Source: Adineta vaga
Taxonomy: Eukaryota; Animalia; Rotifera
Length of the DNA stretch: 64,000 bases
Assembly (NCBI GenBank): GCA_021613535.1
Contig: CP075494.1
Location: 9,734,001-9,798,000, forward strand
Reading direction: 5' to 3'
Positions 14,301-32,671 of this stretch are shown one piece after another; within the stretch, counting starts at the first letter, position 1, and the number at the start of each line of letters is the position of its first letter. The notes under the pieces were generated by a model. It worked only from the letters and a program-made list of their open reading frames with translations, searched no databases and was not told the DNA's origin. The translations under genes and the position numbers were made by a program.

Positions 14301-14832
14301 TTCGCTAGAATTTTTGTACATGTGTTATCATATTGACTTGACTCGTTTGCTGTCTTCTTTCCTCTTCTTGTTCGCTCGCTCGAAGATAACCTATCTTTTT
14401 TTTGTCTGATATAAAAGTAAATAAAATAAATATATGTCAGACTAGATGTTGAAATATTTTATTTATTATGAAAATTCATTAATATTGACAAAGAAAGTAA
14501 TGATTATTTGACATGCGCATATATGAACATTGACGAAGTTCTGTTTCTTTCTTTCTTTCCTTTTTTTTTAGTTTCCAGTGGTTAGATTTCATTTTGGAAA
14601 AGAATAGGAATAATATATTTCAATTATGAATGTGAACAGATGTTTTCGAATACTTTTCATTCGTACGCATTGTTCGATGAATAGTTTAATGACATTCGAT
14701 ATTCTTTTCGTCGTAGTCTATTCAGTAGAAAGAAAGAAAAGAGCGACGAGAGAAAAAACATTCTGTTTACTGTTCTTTTCAGAGAAATTATATTGATTTT
14801 ATATTATTATTTTTTCAGGTATTTCTTTAATC

Positions 14833-17800
14833 ATGGCTACGACAGTAACGGATGAGAATTATTTAAGAGATAATGGTCTAGCAGATACAATTGGAATTGT
14901 ATTGGCATCAACATCCGAGAAAAATGACGTTGAAGATATTCCAGATTATAATGAAGCATTTCCTCAATTAAGTTCGGGAAAATTAGACATGAATCGTTCA
15001 AATACATTTTTTTCATCACCATTTTCATCAATATCAATCAATGGAACCAATGGTATGGCAAGTACGACATCATCCGCATATACATCAACAAAATTTGAAG
15101 AAGATCGACGACGTAAAATAGCTATACATGAAAAATCAGCAACAACTAAAATCGTAAGTTGTTTACATAAGTTCGACTTTCAACAACTTCATTTTTATAT
15201 GAATTCATATTTAATGTGCTCCATTAAGCCACAAAATATACAGTTACTTTTCTAAATTAAAAATTTTTGAATCAACAGAATACAAGTCAAGAAGTTCTAA
15301 AAGTTTCTAAATATTAACTGTTTTGTTTTTAATCAGATTGAAATTCCTCCAGAAGAACGTGTTGTGGAAAATTCACGACGTGTTGGTAATCAATCAACAC
15401 GTAACAATGGTGCTAATAATTCATCCAATGCTAATGGACAACCGTTACAGAAACTCTGTATACGTATTCAAAAAGAAACATGTAAAAGATAAAGTCTAAT
15501 TTTCTTAATTCTTGACAATAATGTGTTTTAATTTCTTTTTTTAGCCACAAATATAACATTTTTTTATAAAGAAGAAAATTTAATTGTTACAATTACCGGT
15601 CGACCAGAACAAGTACGTTTTGCACAAGTTCAACTTCTTCGTGAATTACAAAAACCAGTGAAAATGGCTGTGAATATTCCATTAGAATTTCATCGTTACA
15701 TCATTGGTCCACGTGGTGCAACATTAAGATTATTAGAACAAGAGACCTTAACACGTATTGCCGTACCAAAACAAGATAGTCAATCAAATTTAATTTTAGT
15801 ATCAGGTGCAAAAGATAATGTAAAATTATGTGAGCAGAAAATGCTTGAATTATTTCATATTCAAGCAAATAAAGGTTATGAACGTTTAACAATCCCATAT
15901 ATATACCATCCGTGGATACGTTATCAACTTGTCGATGAATTACATCGACAATATAATGTTACAATTGATTTACCACCACCTATTAAACACACAGATGAAG
16001 TATCGATTCGAGGTGAACGAGAACCTGTTGAACAAGCAAAAACAAGAATTATGCAATTCTTTCAAACAATGGTAAAGAGTGTGCCTATTTTTGAGAATAT
16101 GAAATGATGAAAAGAATTTGAAATATTTTAGGAAGGAAAAATTATGACGTTTCCACTTGAAATTCCATGTGAACAACATCGTTTTATATTGGGTAAAAAA
16201 GGAGCAGGCTTAAAAGAAATTTTTGATAAAACAAATGTAGTTGTTCGTATTCCGAATCAAGAAGAAAATTCACCAACAATTCAAGTAATTGGTGAAACGA
16301 ATAGAATTGGTGCTATCACAATGATTTATAAAATGGTAAGATGAAAATTTTCTTTAGAGAACGTTTCGAACTTCTTTTTGCATAGGCAAATGCGTTAACT
16401 GCTGTCCAAATCAATGCGCCACATTGGATGCATAGTGTTGTTAAAGGTGAACGTAGTGGAAATCTAGAAATCATACGAAAATCTCATCCCGAAGTACGAA
16501 TCTACTTCCGTGATGATCATATTGCAGTGGAAGGTCCACCTGAAGATGTTGATCTTGTTCGCAGTCAAATTCAAACTGTTATTGATGATTTACGTAATAC
16601 AAATACAACATTTTTAGAAGTGGAAATTGATCCACAATATTATAAACAATTAATTGGAAAAAATCAGATACATTTAAGTGAAATTCAAGAGCAAACAGGT
16701 TGTGATATCAAATTTCCATTTGATAAAAGTCGTCTTGTGAAATTAATGGGTTCAAAAGAAAGTGTAGATAAAGCACGACAAATTCTACTTGAACGAGTTC
16801 AAAAACTAGTAAGAAAAAAAAACTATTCGAAATGAAGATGAAATTCTATTTCAAACTGTTTTGTTTATCTAGTCAAATGAACGGACAACGGGTGTAAGTA
16901 TTGATCCTCAATACTATCCTCAAATCATTGGTGTTAAAGGTAAAAAATTAGAAGAAGTTCGTTCCAAATTTCATAATATTCAAATTACTTTTCCCGATGC
17001 GAATGGTAAAAGTGATAAAGTTATATTACATGGTGATAAAGATGATGTAGAAAAATGTTCGAAATTTTTACAACAAAAAATCAAAGATTTATATTCAACA
17101 GAAATTGAAATATCAAAACGTTTATATCCTTTATTAATTGGTAAAGGTGGTGGAAATATTCAACGTTTACGTGAACAAATGTCCGACGTTCGCCTTGATA
17201 TTCCTCCACCGGAGGAAACGAAAGATTCATCAATCATTCGTTTAAATGGAAAAAAAACTGATGTTGATAAAGCTCGTAAACTTCTCGAAGAACATATTCA
17301 ACAATTGAATATTTCGTTAGAAAATTCCATCGAACAATATATGACTATTGATTCTAAATGGCATAGTCGTTTCTTTCAAAATAAACGTAAATTATTGAAT
17401 GAATTACAACAAGAATATGGTGAGATGTTAATTAAATTACCTGAAAGAAATACGAAATCTGATCAAGTTTTATTACGTGGACCAAAAGAAACTATTGAAA
17501 AAGTACAAAAAAGTTTAGAACAACTTATTGATACATGGGAAAATACAACGACAAAAGAAATGTCGATTCCACATCGGCATTATGGTTATTTACTTGCACA
17601 AGGTGGGTCATATATTCAGCCATTACAAAAAGAGCACAATGTTCAAATTCAATTTCCTCCTCGACAAGATCCAGCTAAAGGTGATCTCGTACGAATCACA
17701 GGTCGAACTGATGATATTGAAAAGGCCATATTGGCTCTAGAAAAAATGATTCCTTCTGAAGCAACTTTAGATATTCCTTCTGAAGCTCATGGACTATTAC

Positions 17801-19119
17801 TTGGTAAAAATGGTAGTGAATTAGAAAAATTAATGGAACAATATCCCGATGTACAAGTGACATTTCCACCATTACATTCAACATCAAGTTCAATATATCT
17901 ACGAGGTCAAGTTGAACAAGTTGAAGGCTTGAAAAACGAATTACTCGAACGTTATGAAAAATATCAAGCAGATCAACAAGCACGTTCATTTGAATTACGT
18001 TTTACAATTAAACCCGAATATCGATCATTAATTATTGGTCCACGCCGACGAACAATGAATAATTTAATGCAAAAATATGATGTTCATATTCAAATTTCAA
18101 ATAGTCAAACACCAACTCATTCAAATGAAACCAATCAATTACATGATGATCAACAAGAAAATCATTCGCCATCACCTGAATCAACATCGAATGATATCGA
18201 AATCTTAATCATCGGATATGAAAATAAAGCTATAGCTTGTCGAGATGAAATGCTTACATTAATCAAACAATTTGATTCAACGATTACAATGGAAATCGAA
18301 ATTGATCGTCGTATTCATGCACGTATTATTGGTTCAGGTGGACAGAAATTACAACAAATTATGAAAGAATATGGTGTAGAAATTAAATTTCCTCCCAGTA
18401 ATCAAAGTGATAAAGTACATGTCATCGGAACTGATCAAGAAAAAATTGATGCTTGTATCGATCAATTATTAAGCTTAGAAGACGATTTTCTTGAAGATAT
18501 TCCACATCGACAACAATCAGGTGCACAAACACAAGGTGATTTAACATTTGGACAACAATTATTAAATGCTCAACATCAAACTCGACAACAAGAAGTGCCT
18601 TCATCAAATAATCTAACAGTCGCTAAACCGAACAAGAATCATACGAACAAACAAAGACAAGCGCCATTTAAAGTTAAAAATGCACCATGGACAGCATCCG
18701 AACAAAATGGACATGAAAATGGACAAGATACCATGCACAATGGACATAGAAAATCTTCGAAAAGGGCACCAAGCAAAGACGATTTAGGTAAGTTTTTTCA
18801 TTAAATATGTGAAATTTCTTACAAACTGATACGAATATCTTATTTCTAAGTTCACATACTGTCTACATAGTTTATCTAAAAGTACATATTTCTCATTTTT
18901 ATGTAGGCTAGAATATGATATTATGAGTATAGGTCATAGTTCTTACTATAGATGTCTTCTAAGGATTAGTATACATGATTTAATATTTTTTATTTAGGTG
19001 AATATCCATCATTCGTCAATGGTCTTAGTTTAATAACCGATGATAATGATTCTCAAGTACATGAAACAACAGTGAATTCAATACCTGTCATTTGGGGTCC
19101 TCCAAAACGACATAAATAA
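14833..19119 (+). CDS. HDLBP: Vigilin (multi-KH RNA-binding protein), 7 exons, ~1220 aa
   Basis: About 12 tandem KH repeats (HRYIIGPRG, HRFILGKKG, LLIGKGG, HARIIGSGG); vigilin termini DYNEAFPQL, FKVKNAPW, EYPSF, WGPPKRHK-stop. Confidence 0.93.
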
Positions 19120-19977
19120 GAAACTAAAATGTGCATTACCGTGAAATATCACGTCGAAAAACTGTGATTCTTTTGTTTTGCTTTGTTTTTTCTCTTTTTA
19201 TTTGAACTTATTTACATATTTGTCCGCATTTGCTCAACATGTCTGACGTAAACATATTCTTCATCTGATAAACTTACTTTCATGTGTCCTACTTTCTCAC
19301 TCACATATATATATATATATATATTTATTTATTTATTCCTAAACATATTATTCTTATCATAGGGTTTGTTGTGATTTCTATGTTTGTTGCAAGAGAATTA
19401 AAATAAAAACATATATACAACATAGTTAAGGGTGAACTTTTGGTTATCATTATGCAATATGTTCTTTTGTTTTCTCATTTAATGTACATACCCACTTTTT
19501 CTTTCGCATTTGCATTCTTCACAAACTCTTAGTTTCAACCTTATCAGTCTTTGTTATTTTCTTCTATTTATTTGGGGATATTTCTTTTTTTTGTTGAATT
19601 GTTTATGTATGTGTCATCTTTTGCGAACTGAAAATGATCAGATGTATGGTATGGTAACCTTGATTTGATAGTTTGACGAACAATACTGTCATTCTGTTTG
19701 ATTCATTTTGGTTACGCTTTTTTTCTTTTTTGAAAACAAGATTGTTTTGTTATGAAAATTATTGTTTTGTTTTTCGCAGATTTCTGCTCACTCTTTTATC
19801 TCGTTATTTCAGTTCATTTTCTTTTCTTCAGAAATAAACAAGAAACTTATATAAATGGTTATTGAAAAATCTATCAAGTAATTTCATCATCATTTCAATA
19901 TTTACTATATAACAAAAAGGAAAAATAGATCTACATCACATAATGAATTTTTCAAAGTATCACAGTAGAAAAAGAAA

Positions 19978-22900
19978 TCAATGATTCCAATGATTTAATT
20001 GTTTGAGAAATTGAATTTGTTGAAGAAGTGCTGTCATTTGATGTTTCGATGCAATTTGTGACAAGATTATACATGTATCATATAAAAGTTTTGATGTATG
20101 CAAATTTTGATATAATTCACCACAATCGCAATAGATTTTATAGTTAACATTTCGAACAAAATGACATTTAGGACAAATTGCATCTTGGAGAACATTTTCT
20201 AAAAGTAACGTTTGTAAATGATTTAATAGATATTGTTCAATAGCTGTTTGATCATATGTTGTATGACATTGATTACATGTATATTGATATTGTCGTTGTT
20301 GATCATCATTATCATTTGTTGAATCTTTCTCAATTGTTGAATTGATTTCACGATATAAATCAATGTCACGATAATGATTACAATTTGAACAAACAAGTTG
20401 TGGAATAACAAATGAAGTTAAAGATGAGAGATTTGTTGTTGTTATTTGAGAATATCTAAATAAGAAAAAAAACGATCAAACAGAAATATGGCTTGAATCT
20501 TGATCAATACTAAATCACGAAGAAAACTTACTCGCTAAGTTTAAGTAATTTCAATAAATCTCGTCGAAGATTTAGAACATCATCATGCATATCATATAAA
20601 AGAAAGAGTAAACAACAAACAGCTTTAACAAATTCTAATGATGGACTTGAACTTAATAATGATGTTGGTAATGTTGGGTCAAAATCACTTTTCGTTAATT
20701 TTCTTTCGATTTGATTTGTTACAGACATTAATTGTTGATAAAGTTCATCGGTAAATAAACCACGACAGTATTCTAAAACTTTGGGTGGTAAATTTGTTTG
20801 TGTAATCGATGTTGCATCTTTATATTCATCACGAAGTCGATCATAGATTGAACGAGCAAATCCAATCCTTAATTAAAAAAAATCAAAATAATGCTTAGAT
20901 TAGGGTGTATAACTTACATGATAGTTTCAAAATAATCTTGAACAACTCGTGGTAGATATACAATCATATTCCAATCGAAAACTGTTTCTTCTTCATCATC
21001 ATTATCAATATTATCATCAATTTGTCCTTTTGCATTTGACCAAATTCGAAATCCACAATAATTTTTATCATCAAACCACCATAAACAATGATAAATGGAT
21101 TTTAATTCTAAACATATTGTCGAAGTTAAATCTTTCAATTGGAGATGTTCAAGAATAACTTTAATGTATAAACGTGTATCAACAAGTGACCAACGTTTTG
21201 TTGCAAGAATAATCTTATTTAAATTTCCGTAAATTGTTGTACTACCAATACGTTGTAATTCAACTAATAATTGTACACTAAAAAGATGAAAAAAGGAAAT
21301 AGAAGAGTAAGAAGAAAGTTTTATTAAATCATGATTTACAGTAATTTTCTCATAAAAACTTGAATTGTACGTTTAAGTGCTGGTTCATATAGAAGACTTT
21401 TTGTTGATTGTAACCAACGATAAAAATGATTCAATTGCATATCAGCAAAGATATTCGTATAAGAATGAACATCTTGTAACCAAATTTGAACCATTTGTCG
21501 AAGAAGACGTAATGCTGGTAAACATTGAGAAGTTTCGTCATATGCTGTCAACGAAGTATTACTAATGGATGGAACTACACCAGGTCCACCTAATGGATTT
21601 TGTACAGTTGTACCAAAACCTAAATGAAAATTGTCAATGAAATTCATTGTATTTATGTTCGTTCTAAACTTTCGTTTCGAAGTCGTATGTAGTAGAATAT
21701 ATGATTGATTTTTAGATATTTACCTAAATCAAAATTTGATCCTTCAGCTTCATGAATTTTCTGAAAATTTAATACAGCACAAATAGCTAAACCAACAAGT
21801 TCAAATTCGATACAAGAAGTTGGATAAAATCCTGAATGATTGATTTCAAATGGATGATTTTGTTTATTTGTTTGTATTCCTTCATTATCATTTTTAAAAA
21901 TATTATCTTCATTTTGAATATCATTCTTATTACTATTGACATCAGCTGTTAATAACATTCGATAATCATCTTGTTCTTTTCCACCTAGATCAGGTTGATC
22001 CGTGAATGAACACCATAATAAATGATTATGTTTAACTAAATGTCGAGCATAGAAGAGATCACATGCAAATAAACATGGATCATCGGGAAAATTTCCTAAT
22101 GGAACATGAAGATATCGACATTGTTCAAGCATGTTCACAAGAATTATATTTGCATTTGCATAATGTTGTAAAGCATGACGAGCTGCTGTCCGTTGCCAAT
22201 CTAGACCTTTGTATAAATTGGGTTTATCTTTGATTGTTAATGTTATTTTTGGATAATCAGCTAATGATGATAATATAGATGTTTGCAGATCAGAGAGAGG
22301 AATATTCGATTGAATAGCTAAATAAATTGGCAAGGCACGAGTTGCCATATCATTTTCACGTACTAAGCAAACGGAAAAAGTAAAGAGTGATTTATAATCG
22401 AATGATTTGAAATCGATCTACTTACGATTAGCAATAATTTTATTAAATCGTTTCCAAATATTTTGTAAATCCGTATCAACTTTCACTTCAAATTGATGTT
22501 CATTAATTGGTAATAAATTCGTATCAATACCTTTCTGTAATCGTTTTTCACATTCATTCTTTAATAATTTATTCAAATTTGGCATATGATTTTCTCTCAC
22601 ATCATCTAATATTCCAATAAATACTCGACAAATCTTCGGAATAAACAATGCAATAAATAATTTGCCATTATCCTGATGAATATATAGATAAATACATTGT
22701 AAACTACCTGGTTGTAAATAACTTTGTTCGGATAATGATAAAAATTCTAATTCATCAAATTCATATAAATTTGAAAGAAGATTTGTTCGACAATGTTCTT
22801 TTCGTAAGGAACATATGCAACCAAGTGTAAGTAAAAGACGAAATTCTAATGGAACATTCATTTCATAAACACCTTCGATATCTGGATTACTTAAATCAGT

Positions 22901-25900
22901 CATAATATCTGTATAATAATCTCGAAAATGACTTTCATCTAAACGATATTCATATAAATGATATGCTTGAGAACAACGTGGTAATAAACGAGTGACTTTA
23001 TGTGAACAATCTTTAATCGCACGTTCATAGCCAGTTGATCGTTGAGTTTGATGCGATAAATGTTCAATTGATGTTCGATAATTGACATAGAATATTCGTG
23101 GAACTTTGATTTTAATTTGAACTAATTCTTGTTCAACTAAACACCATGCTTTGAATAAACCAGGTTGATCAGTTAATTCATAGGAAACAATTTGCCATGG
23201 ACGAGTATGTAAATGTTCAGCTGCTCGACGAATATATGTATCAATTTTTCCTGTTGTGGAAGATTTTGGTTTTGTTGAAGTTTGAATATTATTTTCGGAA
23301 TTTGTTGTAGATGATTGTTCTCGTTGAATTTCCCATTTTCGTTTTTGATAATTCAACCATTTGATATGTTGACTTGTCGTTTGACCAAATGTTGGTGGTG
23401 GACCAAGAACAATTCTCCATTGTCGTGTTACGGTTTTATCATTTAATTCATCACGTTTACGTTTTCGAACAAATTTTGTTGATGATCCGGATGTTACTGT
23501 TTTCTTTTGGCCAGCAAGATCTTCGATATCATTTGCTAATTGTTGTTCAATATGTGTCTGTTTATCGACAGAACTGAAGACATCAGTAATACGTTTTTGT
23601 TTGTATAAACTATTTTTTTCGACTAAACGTTTATGTAACCACTCGGGATGTGGAACACGTACAACAGGATTACGAATATTTTGTAAAGCAGCTGGAATTG
23701 TGATGATTTTTTGAATACAACTATTAAAACGCTCAATGTAATAATTCCAATCAAGAATTTCTCGAATATCGAGATTATCAACACTTGATAAACGTAACCA
23801 TTTACGTAAATAATGATTACGAATAGATTGTTCAGATTGAAAGATAGCTAATGGAATAGCACGTTCAGTAACAGGTGCATCACGTGGAACATTTGCAATA
23901 ACAAATCGACAACAAAGACCTTTATCTTTAATAACATCTTCGCCAAGAAATTCGGCAAGTCTAAAATTTAAAACTTCGAATTCGAATATCTAAGAAATTC
24001 ATATATTTACCTTTTAGCTGTTGAAATTGACGTTGACTTTTGTTCACCATAATCGGATAACATTCTTGACATTGTTCTTCTTTCTGAAATTAATTCAAAT
24101 AATTCTTTGTCTGTTATATCTTTGGCACGTGAATATAACATATCAAGCCAATAATCTGCAATTGTTGCGACATGATTATAACATTCTTCTAATGTTGTTC
24201 CTTTCAAGAATGCATCAAAAACACTGGCTTGAAAGATTTTAATCAATTGTAATTCACCATTACGTTTAACTTCAAAACCTTTCAATTCAGCAATTGAACC
24301 ATCCATATTAAAGACACAATAACGTTTTTTGATACGTTTTCCTTCCTCTTTCGATGCAGGTAAAATCATTGCTAGATAAGGACCATCAATTTCGAAAAAA
24401 ATTGAATTTTCTGAACGAATTTCATATGCATGTTTTTCTTTATCGGTTAATTCATGATATTGATCATTGGTATAATGATCTTTTATAAGTAAATTTAACA
24501 AACTACATGGATATGAGATAACAACTTTTGGACGTGATGGATCACGTGTAATTAATTCATAGTTTTCAGGAAATGTTGCAGGTAATACACACCATATACC
24601 GTCCTAAGTCAAAAAAATGAAGTTCATAGTCTTATGAATAGTCGGCAAACACTTACAGTATCAAGTTCTAAAGGTCGTCCAATTTGTTCAATAAGTTCTC
24701 GAGTACGTTTGATAATAGTTGAACCAGTTGTACATACAATACCACCCATTTCCATTCGATGCCATCGTGCACCTAATTATACAAAAAAGAAAAATCCAGA
24801 ATGAATCGTCTCACGACGCCATGTACACACCTCGTCGCATGACATAACCATAAAATGAATTGAGAATACATTTATGTGCTAATTGTAATGAATCCTAAAT
24901 ATCAAACAATCAATGAAAAAACCATAGAATTCGAATGTTATGCTGTATAACGTACATAAATAACAATTAGATTATTGCATCGTTTTACTTCACTAAGTTC
25001 ATCTTTTTTCATTGCATTCGTTAAGTTTTTCTTCCATTTTTTATGTAAACCTTTATATTCATAACGTCGATCACGAAATGCTCGTACAGTGTCCACATAG
25101 AAAGAATTTTCACATTGACATACAGTTGTTTCTCGAGTTTCTTCCCGTGTATGATTCACTTTTTTATATGCTTTACGACAATAATCAGCTAAACGTTTAC
25201 GTTCAATTGATATTTGACTTTCCGCTGGTAATTCATGAAATGATAAAGTATTATTTGCTAAAAGAGAAAGAAATAATTTCGATGAGAACCAGCTATTCTA
25301 TGCATGACTTACTAGGATTTGGTCCTTTCTTTGATCCATCCATAAATGTTTTCTTTTCAAGCGCTTGTCCATTAAATTGAAAACGTTCATTTTCAAGTTG
25401 TAATTGTATTCGTTGTAATTCATTGCGTGTTGCTGGTACGTACGTTCCACGCCAAATCCAATCCATTTTTCTTTGACAACGTGCATTCGGACGATTTAAA
25501 TCACATTGAGCACATATAGTTGAATTAACAATAGCTGATGGTTGTAAACGATTTGTTAGAATGATATTGGGATACATAGCACCGACATCTAAATGATAGA
25601 TATTGGGATTTTCTAGACGATTCGGAACGTTTTTCAAATGTTGTAATCGTTGAAGTATATCTTCTTTTATTTCAGAAAGATTTTCTATGGAATCCATCGA
25701 TAATTTTTCTTCTATCTCAATTGATTGTTGCAGTGTACGATCGATATTATCAATTAGATATTGAATTGTTTCACTAGAATATATCTTTCGTTAAGCAAAT
25801 ATCAGATATAGAATAACTAGGAAAACATACGGTACGATCTTAAATCGGCATGGTATATCACTACGAAAAACACCTGATTCAAGTGCTTCAACACTTGCAC

Positions 25901-27774
25901 CGACGTACGTTTCTGATATAAGTAAATGACCATCATTAGTATATTTATACTGTTCATCTTCATGTTTATTTGGAAAGATAACATTCGCCATAAAAGCTTG
26001 TACCATCAATAATGTTTCACACAATGTTCCCGAACCTTAAGATAATAAACGATAGAGAAATTAAAATGAAAACTATATTTCATTTTTACCTTTTCGTAGT
26101 ACTTCATCGGGTCTCATTGGAATGATTGTTCCCAAAGCAAAAATGAATGTATGAACATATTTCATATATAAATAATATGTTGCTACTGCATCTGATACTG
26201 AATAATTAGATAATGTTTGTGGTTGTTCAACTGCTAAACGACACATATCTTCAGGATCGATTTCAATTGGATTATAACGTAATTTCGCTTTTGTTACTGC
26301 TTTTAAACCATGACTACCGACTGGAAGATAACTGTCACGTTTTACCCATTTAATACAATCCATATGTATACATGGCCGTGAAAGATAACTATCTTGTGAA
26401 TCCTTTCGAAAGCCAATTTCATTAAACATATTTAAACCATAGAATTGCGCACGTTGTTCAACAAATGGCATATCGAAAGAATCACCATTATAAGTTACTA
26501 TTATATGTGGTTTAACATCGACAATATGATTGAAAAATCGTTTAAGTAATTCGAATTCATTGGATTCATTAAAAACATGAAAATGACCGGGATATTCTTT
26601 TTTTGGCGTATATTCAAAATCATCAATATCTTGCGAGATGATTTCACGATTGATAATTAAATAACCTTGTGTATCAATCATATAGGAGATCATCATAATC
26701 TAAAGAGAAGAATTTTTAATAACAAAAAAAAAACTGACGAATCTATTTTGAAAGAAGTACTTGATCGGATACAGCTGTTGGAAATTTTAATGGCATTTTT
26801 GTACATTCAATATCAAATGCAAGAACAATTGGTTCAGGTTGTTCAATTAAATCAGGTTTTAATACCAGTTGATTTTGTGATCCACTACTTACTTGACCAA
26901 GCACACCATACCTGTTCAAATACAAACAAGAATTCTTTTTCAATGATTTATTTCGATAATTAATACGAACCAAAGACCAATATTGATTTTTAAATCAGTG
27001 CAAACTCGAATATGATATGGTACATCAAATTCTCGTAATTCAATAATTCCATCAATTTGTTTTTCAGCAACATTTGCATTTGAAAGACCATTGACAATTA
27101 AATCACTTCCGCGAGAATTCGATGATGTTGCTCGTGTTAGAACAGCTAATTCAGGACGAGATTCTTGTTCTTTTTTACGTTCAGTATTACGTTTAACAAT
27201 AGGTTGTAATTCTTTACGTGCTTTGATTAAATCATCAATATCATGAAAACGAAGACGAATTAAAGTACGTTTTATCCCAGCAAGATGATTTGGAAGATCT
27301 AAACATCAAGAATATCATTATTCTCTTACTTTAATATTTATAAACTTTGTCTTTACCTAGATCTTCTTTCGCAACAAGATCACATGATAAACAACGATTA
27401 TGATAACGTTTTGATAAATATGCAAGAACATCATTTTCTCTTCCAAGTTTAGTTCCCACATAGAAATAAGGTGGATAGACAATGGAAATTTTAAATCGAT
27501 CACCAACTTCTCCAATAAAATAAAGATCAAGTGCGGAAACAAATCTTCGACGCTCTTCATCAAAAATTTCACATGGTTGGAGATTATACAGCCAACCAAT
27601 GCGTTCTTCGAATCCAGTATAACGTAGACAACCATATAATTGATCAATACGATCTGATTGATTTAAGCGTTCGAAACGTTTTTCAAGTGAAAGACCAAGA
27701 CCAGCTGATGCAACAATATCTTCATTAAAATCATCCGTATTACCAACATTTTCTTCAAATTCATCTTCATCCAT
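19978..27774 (-). CDS. POLE: DNA polymerase epsilon catalytic subunit, multi-exon
   Basis: Exonuclease [35 protein letters not shown]; polymerase [19 protein letters not shown]|[22 protein letters not shown]; C-terminal CysA/CysB motifs present. Confidence 0.97.
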
Positions 27775-28351
27775 TCTTTTTCTTCTGAAAAAATTCAACT
27801 AGATAGTGAAATCGAGTATAAGTAACGAAATCATTTATTAGAACTTGTAAAGTTTCAACAGGGGTGTTCAAAGCTAAAAATTTGATGGGTATTTTCACAT
27901 ATCATCTGTATTTGATGACTTCTCAGTCACCGATCAATCGATCAATCGATTTACGAAGATAGGTAGAAAGCTATCAGTGTCTTTTCAGTTAGTTATAGAC
28001 AATTCAGATTATACTATAGATAATGATGAGCATGTTGTCTATTGTCGGATTTTTTTCTCTTCAGATGAACAAAGAACCGCTATAATATTTGAAAGAGTAT
28101 TCATCAGCCAATGAAAAACAAGCGCTACTATCGCAAAGATTTATATTTATCAAAATAGTCCATTAATTATTATTTTATATACTTTATTCCAATAAAAAAA
28201 AGATAAATTTGGGAAAAAAAGATTTGAAATTAATTCATTGGTCAATCGAATATTTTGAAACGAAACAATGAAATTTTTTATTTCATATCACAGTAACCTA
28301 CGTAAACATACATTTTCATATTCATTCATATTCTCATTCTCAACCGTAATC

Positions 28352-29035
28352 ATGGTTAAACATCATGGTGATTCTGATGAAGAAGAATTAGATGAAGCTG
28401 AATTTATTGTTGAAAAAATCCTTGATCGTAAAGTTCTTAATGGTGAAGTTTATTATTTCCTGAAATGGAAAGGTTTCGGTGATACTGAAAATACTTGGGT
28501 AAATAGAAGAAAAACAATTCTTTCAAAGTTAACTTTGTTCGTTTTTTTTTCTTCTCTTGTAGGAACCTGAAATGAATCTTGATTGCCCAGAATTAATAGC
28601 TGATTATCATAAACGATCAAAAAAATCTCTAGAACCTAGTGAATTACCTGATTCAAATAAACGAGTAACACAAGAATCAACAACGAATGATGCAGCGAAG
28701 AAAGTGAAACGTTCCAATGAATTTGGTTATGGAAAAGGATTAGAAATTGAAAAAATTCTTGGAGCAACTGATGTTTATGGTGAATTAATGTTTCTGTAAG
28801 ATTGACTTTATTTCGTTTTATCTTCTAAAAAGTTTTCTTTAGAATCAAATGGCAAGCGACAGATAAACCTGAATTAGTTCCTGCACGAATTGGTAATCAA
28901 TTTTTGAAATATCTCATTGTATAAAATTTCAAATTCTTTCTAGCAAATGTTCGAAGTCCACAACATGTCATTCGTTTCTACGAAGATCGTTTAACGTGGG
29001 CGAATACAGATGAAAATCCTTTAGATAAACAATAA
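28352..29035 (+). CDS. HP1: Heterochromatin protein 1 / chromobox family; exons 28352-28498, 28563-28795, 28843-28892, 28944-29035
   Basis: Chromodomain [24 protein letters not shown]|[12 protein letters not shown]; chromo-shadow [27 protein letters not shown]. Confidence 0.93.
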
Positions 29036-29776
29036 CGATCTCAATTTAGTATTTCCAATTGCTTGTGATATACACATATACAAATGTGATTTTCTTTTAT
29101 ATGAATAATTCGCTGGAAAATAAAACTTTGTTTTTCGGAAGATATAATGAAGAGAAAAAAAAAGCATCATTAAGGAAAATTGTTTTTGTTGTAATCATCG
29201 ATGTGTGTATGTGTATGTTATCAAACATCAGAATCAAACGTTGTTACTTTTTCTTTTTTTGTATTTTGTAAGAAAATAAATACGAACATAATTATAATTT
29301 GAATAAAAGTTTTTCTTTCGAACAAATTAGAATGACATAAGAATGATTGTCATTCTTCTATTATTCGTATGAGTTAATTATTAACTTATTCTATTTACAT
29401 ATTACATAACACCTATTGTATTCATCCATCAAACAAACTTTATTAGCCTCAAGTACTATTGCATTACAGACCAAAAAGAAAAGGATTTTAACAATGAATA
29501 GGTTGACTACGAATGAACATATTCTGTACTTTCTGATGGGTATGTCCATCTTTCGTACCTTCATTTGTTCTTGATAATGTCATTATTCGTGTTGCTGAAA
29601 ATTACTGTTTATTTTTTTTTACACGCACACAAGTGAGGATAATAATAATGAACAGAAACAGTGAAAGAGCATATGCTAAAAGTATGACCATATTCATGCG
29701 ATTGAATGAAATCAAAGTAAGGAGAAAAAGAAAAAAACAAATTGCACAACTTGAAAAACAGCATATATTAGAACAG

Positions 29777-32352
<2,576 letters not shown>

Positions 32353-32663
32353 TCTTCTATTTGTCGAGCTTACTGATTTCTGTTTTTTTTCATCATAGAT
32401 TATTATTGACTTCTCAATGCAAAAAAAATGTAAATGAAGTTAAACAACAGGTATCAGACATTTGCATATCTACAGCTATTCGCGTGTGTAAAAAAAACCT
32501 CGAGACATACTATCAAATAACAAAACGATTCACACTATTCTATCAGTCTAGTCGGATACATAGAGTATCTAATAAATATCAACAAAAAATAAATTTGACA
32601 CCTGTGAAAGTATAAAGTTATTGTTACAAAAAATGTGATGAATTCTAATGGAACCTACCGAGA

Positions 32664-32671
32664 TTTGGCGC
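32664..32671. promoter_or_regulatory. E2F-type site TTTGGCGC about 310 bp upstream of PLK1
   Basis: Exact TTTSSCGC match, rare in AT-rich DNA, upstream of a cell-cycle gene. Confidence 0.35.
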